64,000 bases of DNA from Octopus sinensis (GCF_006345805.1 NC_042998.1:128898001-128962000); one strand, 5' to 3'. Shown: positions 24,598 to 37,276, numbered from the stretch's first letter. Numbers and translations: made by a program. Notes: a model not told the origin generated them from the letters alone.

Positions 24598-24805
24598 AGA
24601 AAGTTAATGAATTAATGCGATTACCATATATTACAACGAAATGAAAACTTCAGAGCTAATTAATTTCTGAAATATATCATCAACAGAAAAGTTTACCCTT
24701 AATTAGACTTTCATAATTAAAATCTTAGTTTTTGCTTTTTTTTTGACTCCTTAGATCGAAGACATTATTTTCTTGAGCAAAAAGTAGAAAAAAAAGTGAA
24801 ACCAG

Positions 24806-24855
<50 letters not shown>

Positions 24856-24980
24856 CATAAACAGTGACATACCGACATACACTGAAACATGGGCAAGGCT
24901 GTGTCTGTTTTCTCTCTCTTCCTCTCTCTCCCCCCCTCTCTCTCTATATATATGTGTGTGTGTATGCATATATATGTATA

Positions 24981-25024
<44 letters not shown>

Positions 25025-25080
25025 CATTCCTACGCATTCAACTGTCTGTACATATTTACATACACACACACACGTGTGTG

Positions 25081-25114
<34 letters not shown>

Positions 25115-25789
25115 CATTCATACATACATATATGCAGACGTATACATACACACCCATACAGACACAGTTCTGTATGTGTGTGCGTGTGTGTGTGTGTATG
25201 TATATTATATTATATATATATATATATATTTATATATACACTGCAATACACACTCACACACTCACACACACACACACACACACACGCGCGCGCGCGAGCG
25301 CGTACATGCAAACCAATATCTTATAGATAGGTATTAATAATTCCGTAAAGGAGCTAAATTAACGTCTCTTATAATATCACACAACACCAAAAGACGGTAA
25401 TTTATTTTCATGGTGAGATGGGTTGAAGATTATAACGTTTGCACCTACCTACAGCACGTCGACATCTTGAATACAACGACCTTTCTTACGGAACACAGTT
25501 TTCCTATTACTGTCAAAATAGCAGAGAGTTAGCAATCAAAATTTATCTTATTACCCATTATGACGCCGTTAAACACACTCTCAGAATATTCTCTTTCCTC
25601 TCTGTTTTGTTATATTTCATGTTGTGCTGTGATTTTGTGATTAGCACTGAACAGCATGGAACTAGTCAATTACTATCTTTTGTGAGCTTGGGCTGGCGTT
25701 TACGGCTTCAGTCCCGCGATTTCGACTTCAAGCCGTTAAAACTTCTTTTATTCTGCTTATGACCTTTCGAACGGCATATCACAACATTC

Positions 25790-25793
25790 CTTC

Positions 25794-25837
<44 letters not shown>

Positions 25838-25842
25838 TTTCT

Positions 25843-25882
<40 letters not shown>

Positions 25883-25935
25883 TTCTTTTCTTTTTTTCTT
25901 TCTTTCTTTCTTTCTTTTCTTTTCTTTTATTTTCT
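25790..25935. repeat. (CTTT)n polypyrimidine microsatellite
   Basis: Read directly. Confidence 0.95.
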
Positions 25936-26559
25936 TTCTCTCTCACCTCCCTCCTCCCTCCCACCCCTCCCCCCCACCACCCTCTCTTTCTTTCTTTCTT
26001 CTTCTTTCTTCTTTCTTCAAAATTAAGGGTCTAACGATGACTGAAAATCCTCTTTCGTACGGCATTAGGTCAGCAAAAGATCTATGATGACTTTTACAAA
26101 ATCTCCAATAAGGATCAGTCTTAGACAATATATGGTTTATATGTTAGTTACCCAGTCACCGTTTTACGCCCGAGTCCACTGCCGACGCGCTCTCTCCAGA
26201 CAATTCTGGCCCAAAATAGTGCAAAACATAACAATTCACTCTAAACTGTCTAATGGTTGACGGCAAGTGTAACCATTGTATGTTAATTTCCGATTTTTCT
26301 ATTGTTATTACAATAATACTCTGCCCCTCCAACGAACTGCAAGTCCCTTCTGCCTCGGTATATCTGATGCACCTGTTTTGTCTCTCACCAACCAAGTCTG
26401 TGTTATGCAAGATGCCACACTAAATATTTTACTCGACAGTTCCTTAGATTACCAATCTGGAAACCCTATGTTGCTCAGCATATCAATCTTCTCTTTTCAC
26501 TTCACTGTGTCTCTGTCATTTTTTCTTGCCCCTCCTTAATTCTTCTGTCCCTCTGCCTC

Positions 26560-27018
26560 CCTCTCTTCTCTCTCCACGTGACCGGTGTTCGGCCAAGCCT
26601 GATCTTTCATTCTTGGTTCGACCGTCGTCCCTGCAACATCTACATTCTTCCCTATGCCTGTGAAATCTTGCATCCCTGCCGTAAAGTTTTATTTCCACAC
26701 ACGCTAGCTTAATCTAATTCGTCCTTAGGCGGAAGACACCTGTTGTTATGTCCTGTTATTTGTATTTTTGTAATATTCCCCATTTTTTTTCCGTCTTTGT
26801 TTTCGTATACATTCACTGCTTTCTTCCAAGGTATCTAATGCTCTTAGCCTAGTTTTTTCCTTGGGGCTGGCCAGATTGGAGCATTCTCGAGTATAACCAG
26901 CCGAAATTGCAAAGATAATCTGGAACTCGACTGAGGAAAGAAAACTCCGAATGACCCGTCCTTGTTTTCTTTGTATCGTCTATCTGGATGTTTTGCGTTC
27001 TTGTCCCATTTTGTACGT
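26560..27018 (+). mobile_element. Penelope-like element terminal region (second family)
   Basis: 26785-27013 is the reverse complement of 34238-34465; carries a degenerate hammerhead-like core. Confidence 0.6.
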
Positions 27019-27019
27019 T

Positions 27020-27059
<40 letters not shown>

Positions 27060-27170
27060 GCATACACAAATATTTAAAGAAAGCAGAATATAAAATAGCA
27101 ACATGTAATGGCTGTGTAGAAGCAATAACTCACATTGTTTCTGGCAGGTCAATCTGAAGCTAAAATATAA

Positions 27171-27362
27171 GGAGTGGCTGTGTGGTACGTAGCATGCTTA
27201 CCAACCACATGGTTCCGGGTTCAGTCCCAATGCATACCACATTGGGCAGTGGTGCCCAAGGTGGTATGCAGGTGGACTATACGCAAGGTGGTACGCAGTG
27301 TTGCCCAAGGGGGACTATAACCTCGACCCGACCAAAGCCTTGTGAGTGGCTTTTTTAGACGG

Positions 27363-27417
<55 letters not shown>

Positions 27418-27588
27418 CGTGTTTGCGCGTTTGTACCCCCATCATCGATTGACAACCGATCTGGTGTGTTTATGTCTCCGTATCTTAGCGGTTCGGCAAA
27501 AGAAACCGATAAAATAAGTATTAGGCTTACAAAGAATAAGTTCCGGGGTCGATTTGTTCGACTAAAGGCGGTGCTCCAGCATGGCCTG
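27171..27588 (+). mobile_element. SINE family B (tRNA head, central microsatellite, conserved tail)
   Basis: GGAGTGGCTGTGTGGTA..GGTTCAGTCCC head; (AT)n(GT)n centre; tail ACTAAAGGCGGTGCTCCAGCATGGCC; matches 37277-37750. Confidence 0.88.
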
Positions 27589-27870
27589 AAACCAAAAAAA
27601 AAAAAGAAGAATAAATTGATATAACAGAGGTGAAGTTTAACAAACACCGTAAACTCTATTAGCTTTAAAGAAATCTCACAGAAAAGAGACAACATACATT
27701 ACAAAAGGTTTCAGGGAGCTGCAAAAAGCGATCGTTCTCTGCCAGTCTAAACCTACTGAGAAGATTAAAGAACATCTTTCAGGCATTATTATTAAAGTCT
27801 ACCAAAAAGAAAGAATGTATCTTCATTGATATTTTGGTTCTAACAAACTACGATATATATGTAAAATTAA

Positions 27871-28082
27871 GGCGGCGAGCTGGTAGAATCGTTAGCACAC
27901 CGGGTGAAATGCTTAGCGGCATTTTGTTCATCTTCACGTCCTGAGTACAAATTCCTCTGAGTTCGACTTTGCCTTTATCCTTTTGAGGTCGATAAAATAA
28001 GTACCAGTTGAACACGGGGGTCGATTTAATCGACTAGTCCCCTCCCTCAAAAGTGCTGGCCTTGTGCCGAAATTTGAAAATA
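27871..28082 (+). mobile_element. SINE family A
   Basis: GGCGGCGAGCTGGTAGAATCGTTAGCAC...GGCCTTGTGCCGAAATTTGAAA. Confidence 0.88.
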
Positions 28083-28189
28083 ATATATATCGAAAATTAA
28101 CTCAATATATAAAAAGTTGACAATACAAACACCTAAAATGGGAGAATTGAGAACAAGTGCGATCACGATGATGATATTTGTCCAAGAAG

Positions 28190-28450
28190 GCTGCACGGTC
28201 GAGAAGTTCGTTTTGTAAACCAGGTGGTCTCTGATTCAATTTACTGCGCGACAGCTTGAGTTAATGTCTTCAGCTACAGCCCAAGGCCAACAAATTCATG
28301 GAGAGCGAATTTGGTGATTGGAAACTATTTAGAAGCCCATCACACACACACACACACACATGCATGCATGCATACATACATCTATGTAATGGATGTGTGT
28401 GTGTGTGCGCATGTATGTGTGTATGTGTCTTTATCTCTCACCACCTGACA
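28190..28450 (+). mobile_element. Decayed SINE family B
   Basis: CAGCTACAGCCCAAGGCCAACAAA..GAATTTGGTGATTGGAAACT..AGAAGCCC followed by CA/GT microsatellite. Confidence 0.55.
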
Positions 28451-28599
28451 ATCAGTTTATTTGCTGGGATGCAATGTCTGAACGCGAGTGCAGACTAAAA
28501 TGATAGTGCTTTTATTTTCTCGATTGTATTTCAGGTGAAAGAAAAAAAAATATTGGATTACAAGGAACCCTTGTAACTATTCTCTCTCGTTATTTCCTT

Positions 28600-29208
28600 T
28601 ATTTCCGTCGCTACATTCTGAGTTCAAATTCCGCCGAAGTCGAATTGCCTTTCATCTTTTCGGAGTCGATAAATTAAGTACCTGTTGAGTACTGAGGTCG
28701 ACGTAATCAACTATCTCCCTTCCCCAAAATTTCAGGCCTTGTGCCTATAGTAGAAATGATTATTTCCCCTATTTCAGGTGGCGAGCTGGCAGAAACGTTA
28801 GCACGCCAAGTGAAATGCTTAGCTGTATTTCGTCTGCCGCTACGTTCTGAGTTCAAATTCCGCCGATGTCGACTTTGCCTTTCATCCTTTCGGGGTCGAT
28901 TAAATAAGTACCAGTTACGCACTGGGGTCGATATAGTCGACTTAATCCCTTTGTCTGTCCTTGTTTGTCCCCACTATGTTTAGCCCCTTGTGGGTAATAA
29001 AGAAATAAGAATTGTTTGCATGTCTGACAAAATGCTTAGTGGTATTTCTTCCATCCTTACGTTCTGAGTTCAAATTCCGCCGACGTTGATTTTGCTTTCA
29101 TCCTTTCGAGATCGATAAAGTAAGTATTACCTTGGCACTGGGGTTGATGTAATAGACTAGCCCCTTCCACCCAAATTTCTATCTTTGTGCTGACAGTAGA
29201 AAGAATTA
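28600..29208 (+). mobile_element. Three head-to-tail SINE family A copies (28600-28762, 28777-29008, 29020-29208)
   Basis: Repeated TTCTGAGTTCAAATTCCGCCGA core. Confidence 0.88.
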
Positions 29209-30704
29209 TTTCCCCTTAGTACTATTCCATTCTCATTCTGTCTCTTCAGCTGTTTATTGTTACGTCTTACTGCCTGTAAAAAATGCAGACAATGCAAGAC
29301 TCTTACGTTCTCTGAATTTTTTTATCGCATCTTTTAATTTGATTCCTTTAAAATTAATATAAAAAAAAAAACAAAAAAAAAAAAACCGCAAAATAAGATA
29401 AAGAGAAATTATTTCGAGCGAAGATTGAACCCGTATCGCAGATCTTTGTTTGCCAGTAGCTTAATTCTCTTACAACAGAGGCAATGGAAGTTAACACAGA
29501 TTTTTAACAATCGCAACAGCAACACCAACAACAACAATGACCACAAAAATTGATGGCGTCAGTTTTTAAAGACTGTTTGCTGAATAGTATCAAGACGGTC
29601 TTCTCCAGCTTCGCATCATCGTCGTCATCATTGTCATCAATCATTATCGTCACCACCACCACCACCACCACCACCACTACCACTATGCTCACTTCTACTC
29701 TTCCTCCTCCTCCTCCTCGTTCCTCTTTCTTCTTCTTCTTCTTCTTCTTCTTCTTCTTCCCTATACTCCTTCCTCTTCACCAATGACAAGCTCTCATAAG
29801 AATTTTGACGATCTAAGTGTGTGTGTCAAAAGAATTAGTTGAAAGAAAAAAGACAAAATGAAATAAAAAAAAAAGAATAATAATAATAATAATAATAAAA
29901 AAAATGGTATCTGATCTGACATGACAATAAATCATCTCGAATTGACTAGTTAAGTGTTTTGGAAAGATTCAATCTGATTTGGCAGAGTTTTTGAAGTTGT
30001 TTCCTCGTTACAAATGAAAAAAAAAAAAAAGAAGGAAAAAAAAAAGAATAAAAAATTCTTCCAGTTCTTCGTTCTTCTAGTGATTTTTATCTGACCCGAC
30101 TTGGATTTTTCCAATCGATCAAAGAAGACACTACAAGGTAAAGAGAAAAAAAACCGAAAATAAATGAAATAAAAATGAAAATAAAACACACGCCTAGGAA
30201 AAAAAAAAAAAATAGAGAAAAGAAATCCTTGGTAATGTTCTCTCTCGCTCATTATTTCCCCTATTTACCATTCCCTTTTCGTTCTGTCTCTTCATCTATT
30301 TATTGTTATGTCTCTCCGCCTCTTACGTTGTCTGAAAATTTTTTTTTCCGCATCCTTAAATATGATTCCTTTAAAACCAACGTAAATTCTAAAAAGCCGT
30401 AAAGAATTTGATTGAATCATTTGGTGTCGTAATTTAAAAAAAACTAAGGTTTAGGCTGAATTGTAGCGATGGGTATAGAATTAGATCTATCTATCTAGAT
30501 ATCTATCTATCTGTCTGTCTGTCAACTAATCAATGTATCTATCGTTCTCATTCTGAATCGACTACTCACTAAACTTTATCGATATTCTCCTCCTGCCGCC
30601 GATTTCTTTCTCTCTATGTCTCTCAGTATGTATATAGATTTATATATATACGTGCATACATACACACACACACGGACACATGCGCGCGTGCACACACATA
30701 AATG

Positions 30705-30739
<35 letters not shown>

Positions 30740-30740
<1 letters not shown>

Positions 30741-31110
30741 TGCAGTATCGCCCGGCGTTGCTCAGGTTTGTAAGGTAAATAACTATAAAGCATTTTAGAG
30801 AGTTATATCCAAAAACAGCAAAATATGAAAAAATGATGGTAAATTTTTTTTTTAGTTAAAAAAGGTGGAGTTGAGTCCCCTAGACAGTTTGCAATTTGTG
30901 TTTCTGATTCTCGACCCCATGTCGAATTTATCGATTTTTTTCAGAACTGGGGGAACTTTTCAAAATTTTCGCTGCGTTAGTTTTGAACTATGACATTGGG
31001 CTATGTGTGTGTCAAGTTTCATCAGAATCGGTTGAAAGCCGTGGTCAGGGTGAGGGTACGAGAAAACAGACACACAGAAAACGCACAGACAAACTGCCGT
31101 TTATATATAG

Positions 31111-31111
<1 letters not shown>
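30740..31111 (-). mobile_element. Non-autonomous Helitron
   Basis: On the minus strand: 5' TCTATATA; 3' CTGAGCAACGCCGGGCGATACTGC(T)AG hairpin end shared with 63193-63715; inserted in (AT)n. Confidence 0.8.
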
Positions 31112-31141
<30 letters not shown>

Positions 31142-31176
31142 TCTCTGTCTGTCAGTCTGTCTGACTGTCTGTCTGA

Positions 31177-31252
<76 letters not shown>

Positions 31253-31264
31253 TCTATCTATCTT

Positions 31265-31307
<43 letters not shown>

Positions 31308-31434
31308 AGGTTTGATAGTAGCATGCTTGAAACCTCAGCCCTGTAGTCACCTTGTGACTTCTACCGATTAAAAATAATTATCTATATCTATATCTGTCTA
31401 TGTATGTATGTATGTATGTATGTATGTATGTATG

Positions 31435-31488
<54 letters not shown>

Positions 31489-31803
31489 GGAAGAATCTTT
31501 TTTGGATTAATCCAGAAGTCGGAACTGATTCGGGGATTACTATATTTCTATGAATTTCTGTTAGCTTGCATTCTTTGTTTCGACACGTGGTGTAATAATA
31601 TAAGTGAAAATATTTTATGTAGTTAGACGATTTAGCATCTATTTTTCAGCATATTGGTAAAGACAATTTTTTTCATAATTTAGGGAAAAGGTTGCAAAAC
31701 CAAATACCTGCAAACCTGGAGAACTACGTTGCGTGGGGAACAATTGTAGTGACTAAAAATAAATGTCCAACGTACTCCTTGTTGATCCAACTTATTATTC
31801 AAT

Positions 31804-31891
<88 letters not shown>

Positions 31892-31898
<7 letters not shown>

Positions 31899-32242
31899 TT
31901 GTATACTGTCAACTTAACGTGACAGTCCCGTATGGGAATTACACCACCGCTGTTTAGCCCTAGGAAGCATCGAACGCTTCCTGTCGGCTTTGACACATTT
32001 TCTGTGTCCTTTGTGAAGGGGAGGCAAGCACCCCCACCAGCCAAGATTCACACCTGAGGACATGCATGTTTCTGGGTCTTAAGAATCTTGGCTGGTGGGG
32101 GTGCTTGCCTCCCTTCACAAATAAGGACACAGAAAATGTGTCAAAGCCGACAGGAAGCGTTCGATGCTTCCTAGGGCTAAACAGCGGTGGTGTAATTCCC
32201 TTACAGGACTGTCACGTTAAGTTGACAGTATACAACCACTCT
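31892..32242. repeat. Inverted repeat: ~158-bp arms (31892-32049, 32083-32242), 33-bp spacer
   Basis: Arms are near-identical reverse complements; the spacer on the minus strand is the 3' half of the hammerhead. Confidence 0.92.
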
Positions 32243-32290
32243 ATCGCTCCACCATTTAGAAATTTGAGACATTTAGAAAGTTAGTATTAG

Positions 32291-32329
<39 letters not shown>

Positions 32330-32470
32330 TTAGAAATATTGAATTTCTAAATGTCTCAGAGAGACATGAGCGGTGGTGGGGCGATATAGTGGCTGTATAC
32401 TGTCAACTCAACGTGACGCTCCACCATCGCTCATGTCTCTCTGAGACATTTAGAAATTCAATATTTCTAA
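32330..32470. repeat. Inverted repeat: 54-bp arms (32330-32383, 32417-32470)
   Basis: TTAGAAATATTGAATTTCTAAATGTCTCAGAGAGACATGAGCG / CGCTCATGTCTCTCTGAGACATTTAGAAATTCAATATTTCTAA. Confidence 0.92.
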
Positions 32471-32770
32471 TTTTGGTAACCAGTGAATAAATATCACTGA
32501 AAATATTATATATTTGCAAAGCGGTTGCAGCCATCTCAGCTAGCAGGACTTGCTACCCTGGACTGATGACGGGTAAGACCCAGAAACATGCATGTCTTCA
32601 GGTGCTAATCCTAGCTGGCGGGGGTGCTTGCCTCCTATTTGCAAATATAAGGACACAGGAAATGTGTCAAAGCCGACAGGAAGTGTCGATGCTTCCTAGG
32701 GCTAAATAGCGGTGATGTGATTCCCTTTACGGGATTGTCACGTTCAGTTGACAGTATTCAACCACTATAT
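32417..32770 (+). mobile_element. 354-bp hammerhead-containing unit (retrozyme / Penelope pseudo-LTR like)
   Basis: Its end (CCACTATAT) is joined to its start (CGC[T/C]CCACCA) in two neighbouring partial copies (32231-32255 on +, ~32370-32395 on -), so the unit is circularly permuted. Confidence 0.7.
32557..32602 (+). ncRNA. Type I hammerhead ribozyme
   Basis: Stem I CCUGGA/UUCAGG; CUGAUGA (32563-32569); stem II GGGU-AAG-ACCC; GAAA (32583-32586); palindromic stem III ACAUGCAUGU; GUC cleavage triplet ending 32596. Distal stem I extension CAGCUAG/CUAGCUG (32537-32543/32611-32617). Confidence 0.8.
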
Positions 32771-32982
32771 ATATATGTATGTATGTATAATACTAATGTT
32801 TGTATTCGTCTTTAGTTGTTGTGTATGCATTTTTATTCTGACCCAAAACGGGTGCCTTATCATTTAAATGCCTTATTCACCGGAATCTTAATATATTACA
32901 TTATATTACATTATAATATATTATATTATATTATTATATTATATTATATTATATTATATTATATATTATATATATATATTAT

Positions 32983-33025
<43 letters not shown>

Positions 33026-33224
33026 TGTATATATATGTTTGCGCCTATCATATCACTTAATTGAGGTGAAGATCGTGCGGTGCTATAATTTCATTCAGTG
33101 ATGACTAATACTCGCTATCATGAGATCATGTGCTCAGTTATCTCTTCATACCGACAGTTAAGACATGCCAAGTCCTACTGTCAAAGAGAGAGAAAGAGAA
33201 GAATCAAATTAATTTCAGGTTTAA

Positions 33225-33793
33225 TACTTTATTCATCGATTACTGCCGAGAGAACGAAAGGCAAAGTTGATCTCAGCTGTATTTGAACTTAGAGCACAGA
33301 GAGCCGGAACGAACACCTGAGGGTGATCTATCCAACGTTATAACGATTCAGCCAATTCTCCGCTTTCTGTCTTGTAATATTGGATTCAAATTTTGGCACG
33401 AGGCCAGCAACTTTGGGGTTAGGGCGAAGGTCGATTATGTTGATACCAGTGCTCAGCTGATACTTATTTTATCGACCCTGAAATGAGGAAAGGCAAAGTC
33501 GACCCCGGCGGAACTTGAACTCAGAATCTAAAGACGGACGAAATGCCGCTAAGCATTTGGCCCGGCACGTTAACGACTCTGGTAGCTCGCCGCTTTTTAA
33601 AGCATATACTGGTTTCAAATTTTGGCACAAGATCAGTAATTTCAGGGGAAGGGAGTTAAGTCCATTAAATCGACCCCGAAAGGATGAAGGGCAAAGTCGA
33701 CACCGGCAGATTTTGAACTCGGAACGTAAAAAACAGACAAAATGCCGCTAAGCATGTGTCCCGGCGTGCTAACAATTCTGCCAGCTCGCCACC
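33225..33793 (-). mobile_element. Three head-to-tail SINE family A copies
   Basis: Cores at ~33255, ~33490 and ~33680; heads end at 33363, 33593 and 33793. Confidence 0.85.
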
Positions 33794-34237
33794 TTTAACA
33801 TACTAATAAATTAAACACAGTAATATACTGTATCTAATTCAGTGTTGTCCTTACAAACATTGGTTTTATGCGTTAAAATAAGAAAGTGCAAGTGTCTGTT
33901 TCGATAGACTGCTTGATTATCAATCAACAGGTCAACGTTACATATTCTATCACCAACACTGTCGCGTCTGTGACCCGATTCCTTACTTCATAGCAACTGA
34001 GTCTATTCACTTTGATTTTGCATTTGCCCACAACCACTACCCATGCAATATATACCCGTGTGCATTCGTGCCTACGTCCATTTGGGTGAATGTGGTGGCA
34101 GGTCAAAAGTGTGTGGGTATAGGTAGTTATATATAGGGTATTATTAGAATAACAGCAGCATGCAAAGAAATTCATACAGTTAACTACACAAATAATATGA
34201 ACAATTCTGATACATAACCATATATATATATTTATAA

Positions 34238-34465
34238 AAAATGGGACAAGAACGCAAAACATCCAGATAGATGCTACAAAGAAAACAAGGACGGGTCATT
34301 CGGAGTTTTCTCTCCTCAGTCGAGTTCCAGATTATCTTTGCAATTTCGGCTGGTTATACTTGAGATTGCTCCAATCTGGCCAGCCTAAAGGAAAAAATAA
34401 GCTAAGAACATTAGATTCCTTGGAAGAAAGCAGCGAATGTATAGGAAAACAAGGACGGGAAAAAC
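34238..34465 (-). mobile_element. Penelope-like terminal repeat (same family as 26785-27013)
   Basis: ~225-bp reverse-complement homology; embedded between microsatellites. Confidence 0.7.
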
Positions 34466-34530
34466 GGAGAAAGTTACACACACACACACACACAGACACA
34501 CACACACATATCTCCAAGGATGCGCACACG

Positions 34531-34575
<45 letters not shown>

Positions 34576-35299
34576 GCATGCATAAGCACATATGCATACA
34601 TAGGCACACACAAACACACACAGAGGCATACATTCAGACGCCTGCCTACAAAAAAAAATCGGCTACACTGCGCACAAACACACACCGAAATGCATAAACA
34701 TAAGTAAACACTCACATATCTACATACACATAAGCATAAGACTAATTCTCAGGCAAACTTAAGGTAGATCTTGAAGTGTAAGGGCATCTTATTGAAGAGG
34801 TTGAAAATAACGATGGAAAGTGTTTGACAAACAACCGATTGATTGTTTAATAATCACATTAAACAATCAAACAAACAATCGATTAGTTAATTGGTCAGAT
34901 ATTCAACCGATTGACAACAAATAAAGAAGTGATATTGAACAGGTGCGTGTGTCTATTTTAAAGTTTACTGGCATAATGACTCTCCCAAGATGAGTTCATT
35001 TAGCTTTGAAACAAAAGTCTAACCGTTTCTAGTATCACAGTGATCCATATGACTTGATGTTTCGGAAACAAATACTTCGATCTGAACACTGATGAATCGT
35101 AGGTTGCTTTTCCATGCTTTGCACTCAATGCTAAACAGCCATTTTACAATACAACAGCGCTGCTACTACATGTAACTGTTGCGTGTTCCAGCCTTATGGT
35201 ACCATTTCAGAATTACGTGTCCTTATTACATACACAACGCAATGTCTAGGAACTATATAAATCGTTGCCTCAAGGATGGGCGATATGCTAACCGACAAC

Positions 35300-36262
35300 T
35301 AGTTGTCCGTTACCGTTTCCACACGGCCATCTTCACTTTCTCTAAGTTCCTGGTGTTATTGTTTGGCCTTAGTTCAGCCCTGACAGCGCAGACCTACGAC
35401 CAAACTGTTACCACCCCATCTCTCTTTATTTCTAGGACTCTTTTTTTGACCAGTTTTCTTCCTATTACTTTATTAGGACGGCTGTGTACAATTTGAGAGT
35501 GCTTTTGCTGGCTTGTTGATTGCTCTAAGATGTTGTTATTGTTGTTGTTGCTGTTACTGCCGTTGTTGTTGAATCCTAGGTCAACCTGACCGATTAAACC
35601 TTTGGCAATAGGCTTTCCAGCCGTGATCATCCAAGAATTTTGTATACCTATGATTACATTGTGCAATCTGCCCTGTCATTTTTAGGTATAATTTCCTGGA
35701 GTTTTGGCTGCTATTTCTAGCAGGTCAAGCGACTATGTAGACGCCCTGCTGCAGGCACGCCGCCAGCGACTTCGCGAAGTAACATAGGTGATTCGGTAAA
35801 ATATTAGATTAGTAGACACTTAAAAGAAACCTTAGATAATGTTGCCTTCTGTGATATCATAATACTTAATTGTTATACGTTGCCGTGAGTGCAGCTAATA
35901 GTACTTCTTGGCAGTAGTTAGAAGCTTGTCTTTGAAGTGATTGCAGTAGTGACCCAACAAACACGAGGTCATTTTACTGCTACCGTATATTTGGATTAAA
36001 TTCTATCTGCTTTTGTTTCTGTCGGTAAATTCATTGTTGTTGTTTAACGACGGATGAACACTGAATGAACAGTCTTATGATCAAAGGAGGTCCAACCGTG
36101 ACCATTGAGCTTTAATTTCGGACAGTTTATCGAAAACTATTCAATATTATTTCAAGGTCTCTTCGCTTTTTTTCTTTTTTGCTTTAGAGTCAGGGAAAGT
36201 ATGGTTTAGGGTAATTTGGGTGCTATTTCTAAAACATCTACTGACCATGTAAAGGCAAAGGC
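35300..36262 (+). mobile_element. Several decayed copies of an old interspersed repeat
   Basis: GTTGTTT..CC.AGGTCA.CC.TGA...TTTGG.TGCTATTTCTA motif recurs at ~35355, ~35565 and ~36035; related copies at ~9535 (+), ~8490 (-) and ~44200 (-). Confidence 0.5.
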
Positions 36263-36764
36263 TTCCTCATTGGCTTATAAAATTTGTGCAGATCAGTTCG
36301 CTTATGATGTCTATGTGTACTGAGTTGCTTCAAGTCATCATTAATTTTCACTTTCAGAAACGAGGAGTTGTGATGTTAATGTTTTGTCCGTAACATTAGC
36401 AATAAATTCTTAACGGAAATAGCAAAATATCGATTGAAACCAGCAAGATAGCCAGTGTTGAATGCATAACAAAGTAGATGAATACGTGTATCAATTAGTG
36501 TGAGAATGTAGCCAGAGGATACGTAAAGAAACGGAGGAAGAAACGACAAAATGGAAAAACAAAGGTACACTGAAGTTAGTAGAAAATTTGGATTTCAGTA
36601 CACAACAAAAGCTCATATGAAATATGACTACGAGCATTTGAATATCTTTAGAATTGTATGTTTTAAAAAAGAGTTCTTTAGATTGAATTAACGAGGAGAT
36701 ATGCGTGACAAAATCAGATTTTGCTGTATTATAGGAGGTCTTTAGCGTTCAATTCTGTTTTTCT

Positions 36765-37240
36765 ACCTATTCTCATCTATGGTCACGAATGTTAGTTAAT
36801 TACCGGAAGGGTACGATCACGAATGCGATCGACCGAAATCGGGTTCTTCCGAAGGATTTTTAGAGTAACGTTACTCGACAGGGTGTGTAACTCTGCGACC
36901 ATGGTGTCTCTTCGACTCGAGCTGCTACTTCTCCACATTGAGGAATCACGGCTCCAGTACTAAGGACATGTACTTAGAATGTCACTGGAAAGAACCACAA
37001 GACGGATTCTTGAAACCGAGCCAATCTTTAGCAGACTTGGGGGTAAATCAAGAACGAGCTGGTTGGATAAGATCCATAGCCTCTGCTGGTCATGCTTGAG
37101 AATCCAACCGGAAAGTGTAATGACGGTCGGTTCAGAAAGGATCCTATGGAGGCCGTATCTGAGGACTCTGTCCCTAAGATCCTTCCAGGAATAGAGGAAC
37201 AGTGAGCAGAGAAGATAGATGGACGGATGGATGGATGGAC
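36765..37240 (+). mobile_element. RTE-clade (Expander/Rex3-like) LINE 3' end
   Basis: LIYGHEC..RSRMRSTEIGFFRRI..LLLHIEESRLQY*GHVLRMSLERTTRRIL..KSRTSWLDKI; (GATG)n tail. Confidence 0.8.
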
Positions 37241-37276
37241 GAGAACAAAAAGTAGAAGAAACTGAAAGTATTAATC

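Noticed and set aside
22451-25337. Many 60-195 aa ORFs ([16 protein letters not shown]), also at 31, 34, 37, 45-47, 51, 54-55 and 61-63 kb
   Set aside because: Translations of microsatellites that lack stop codons; not genes.
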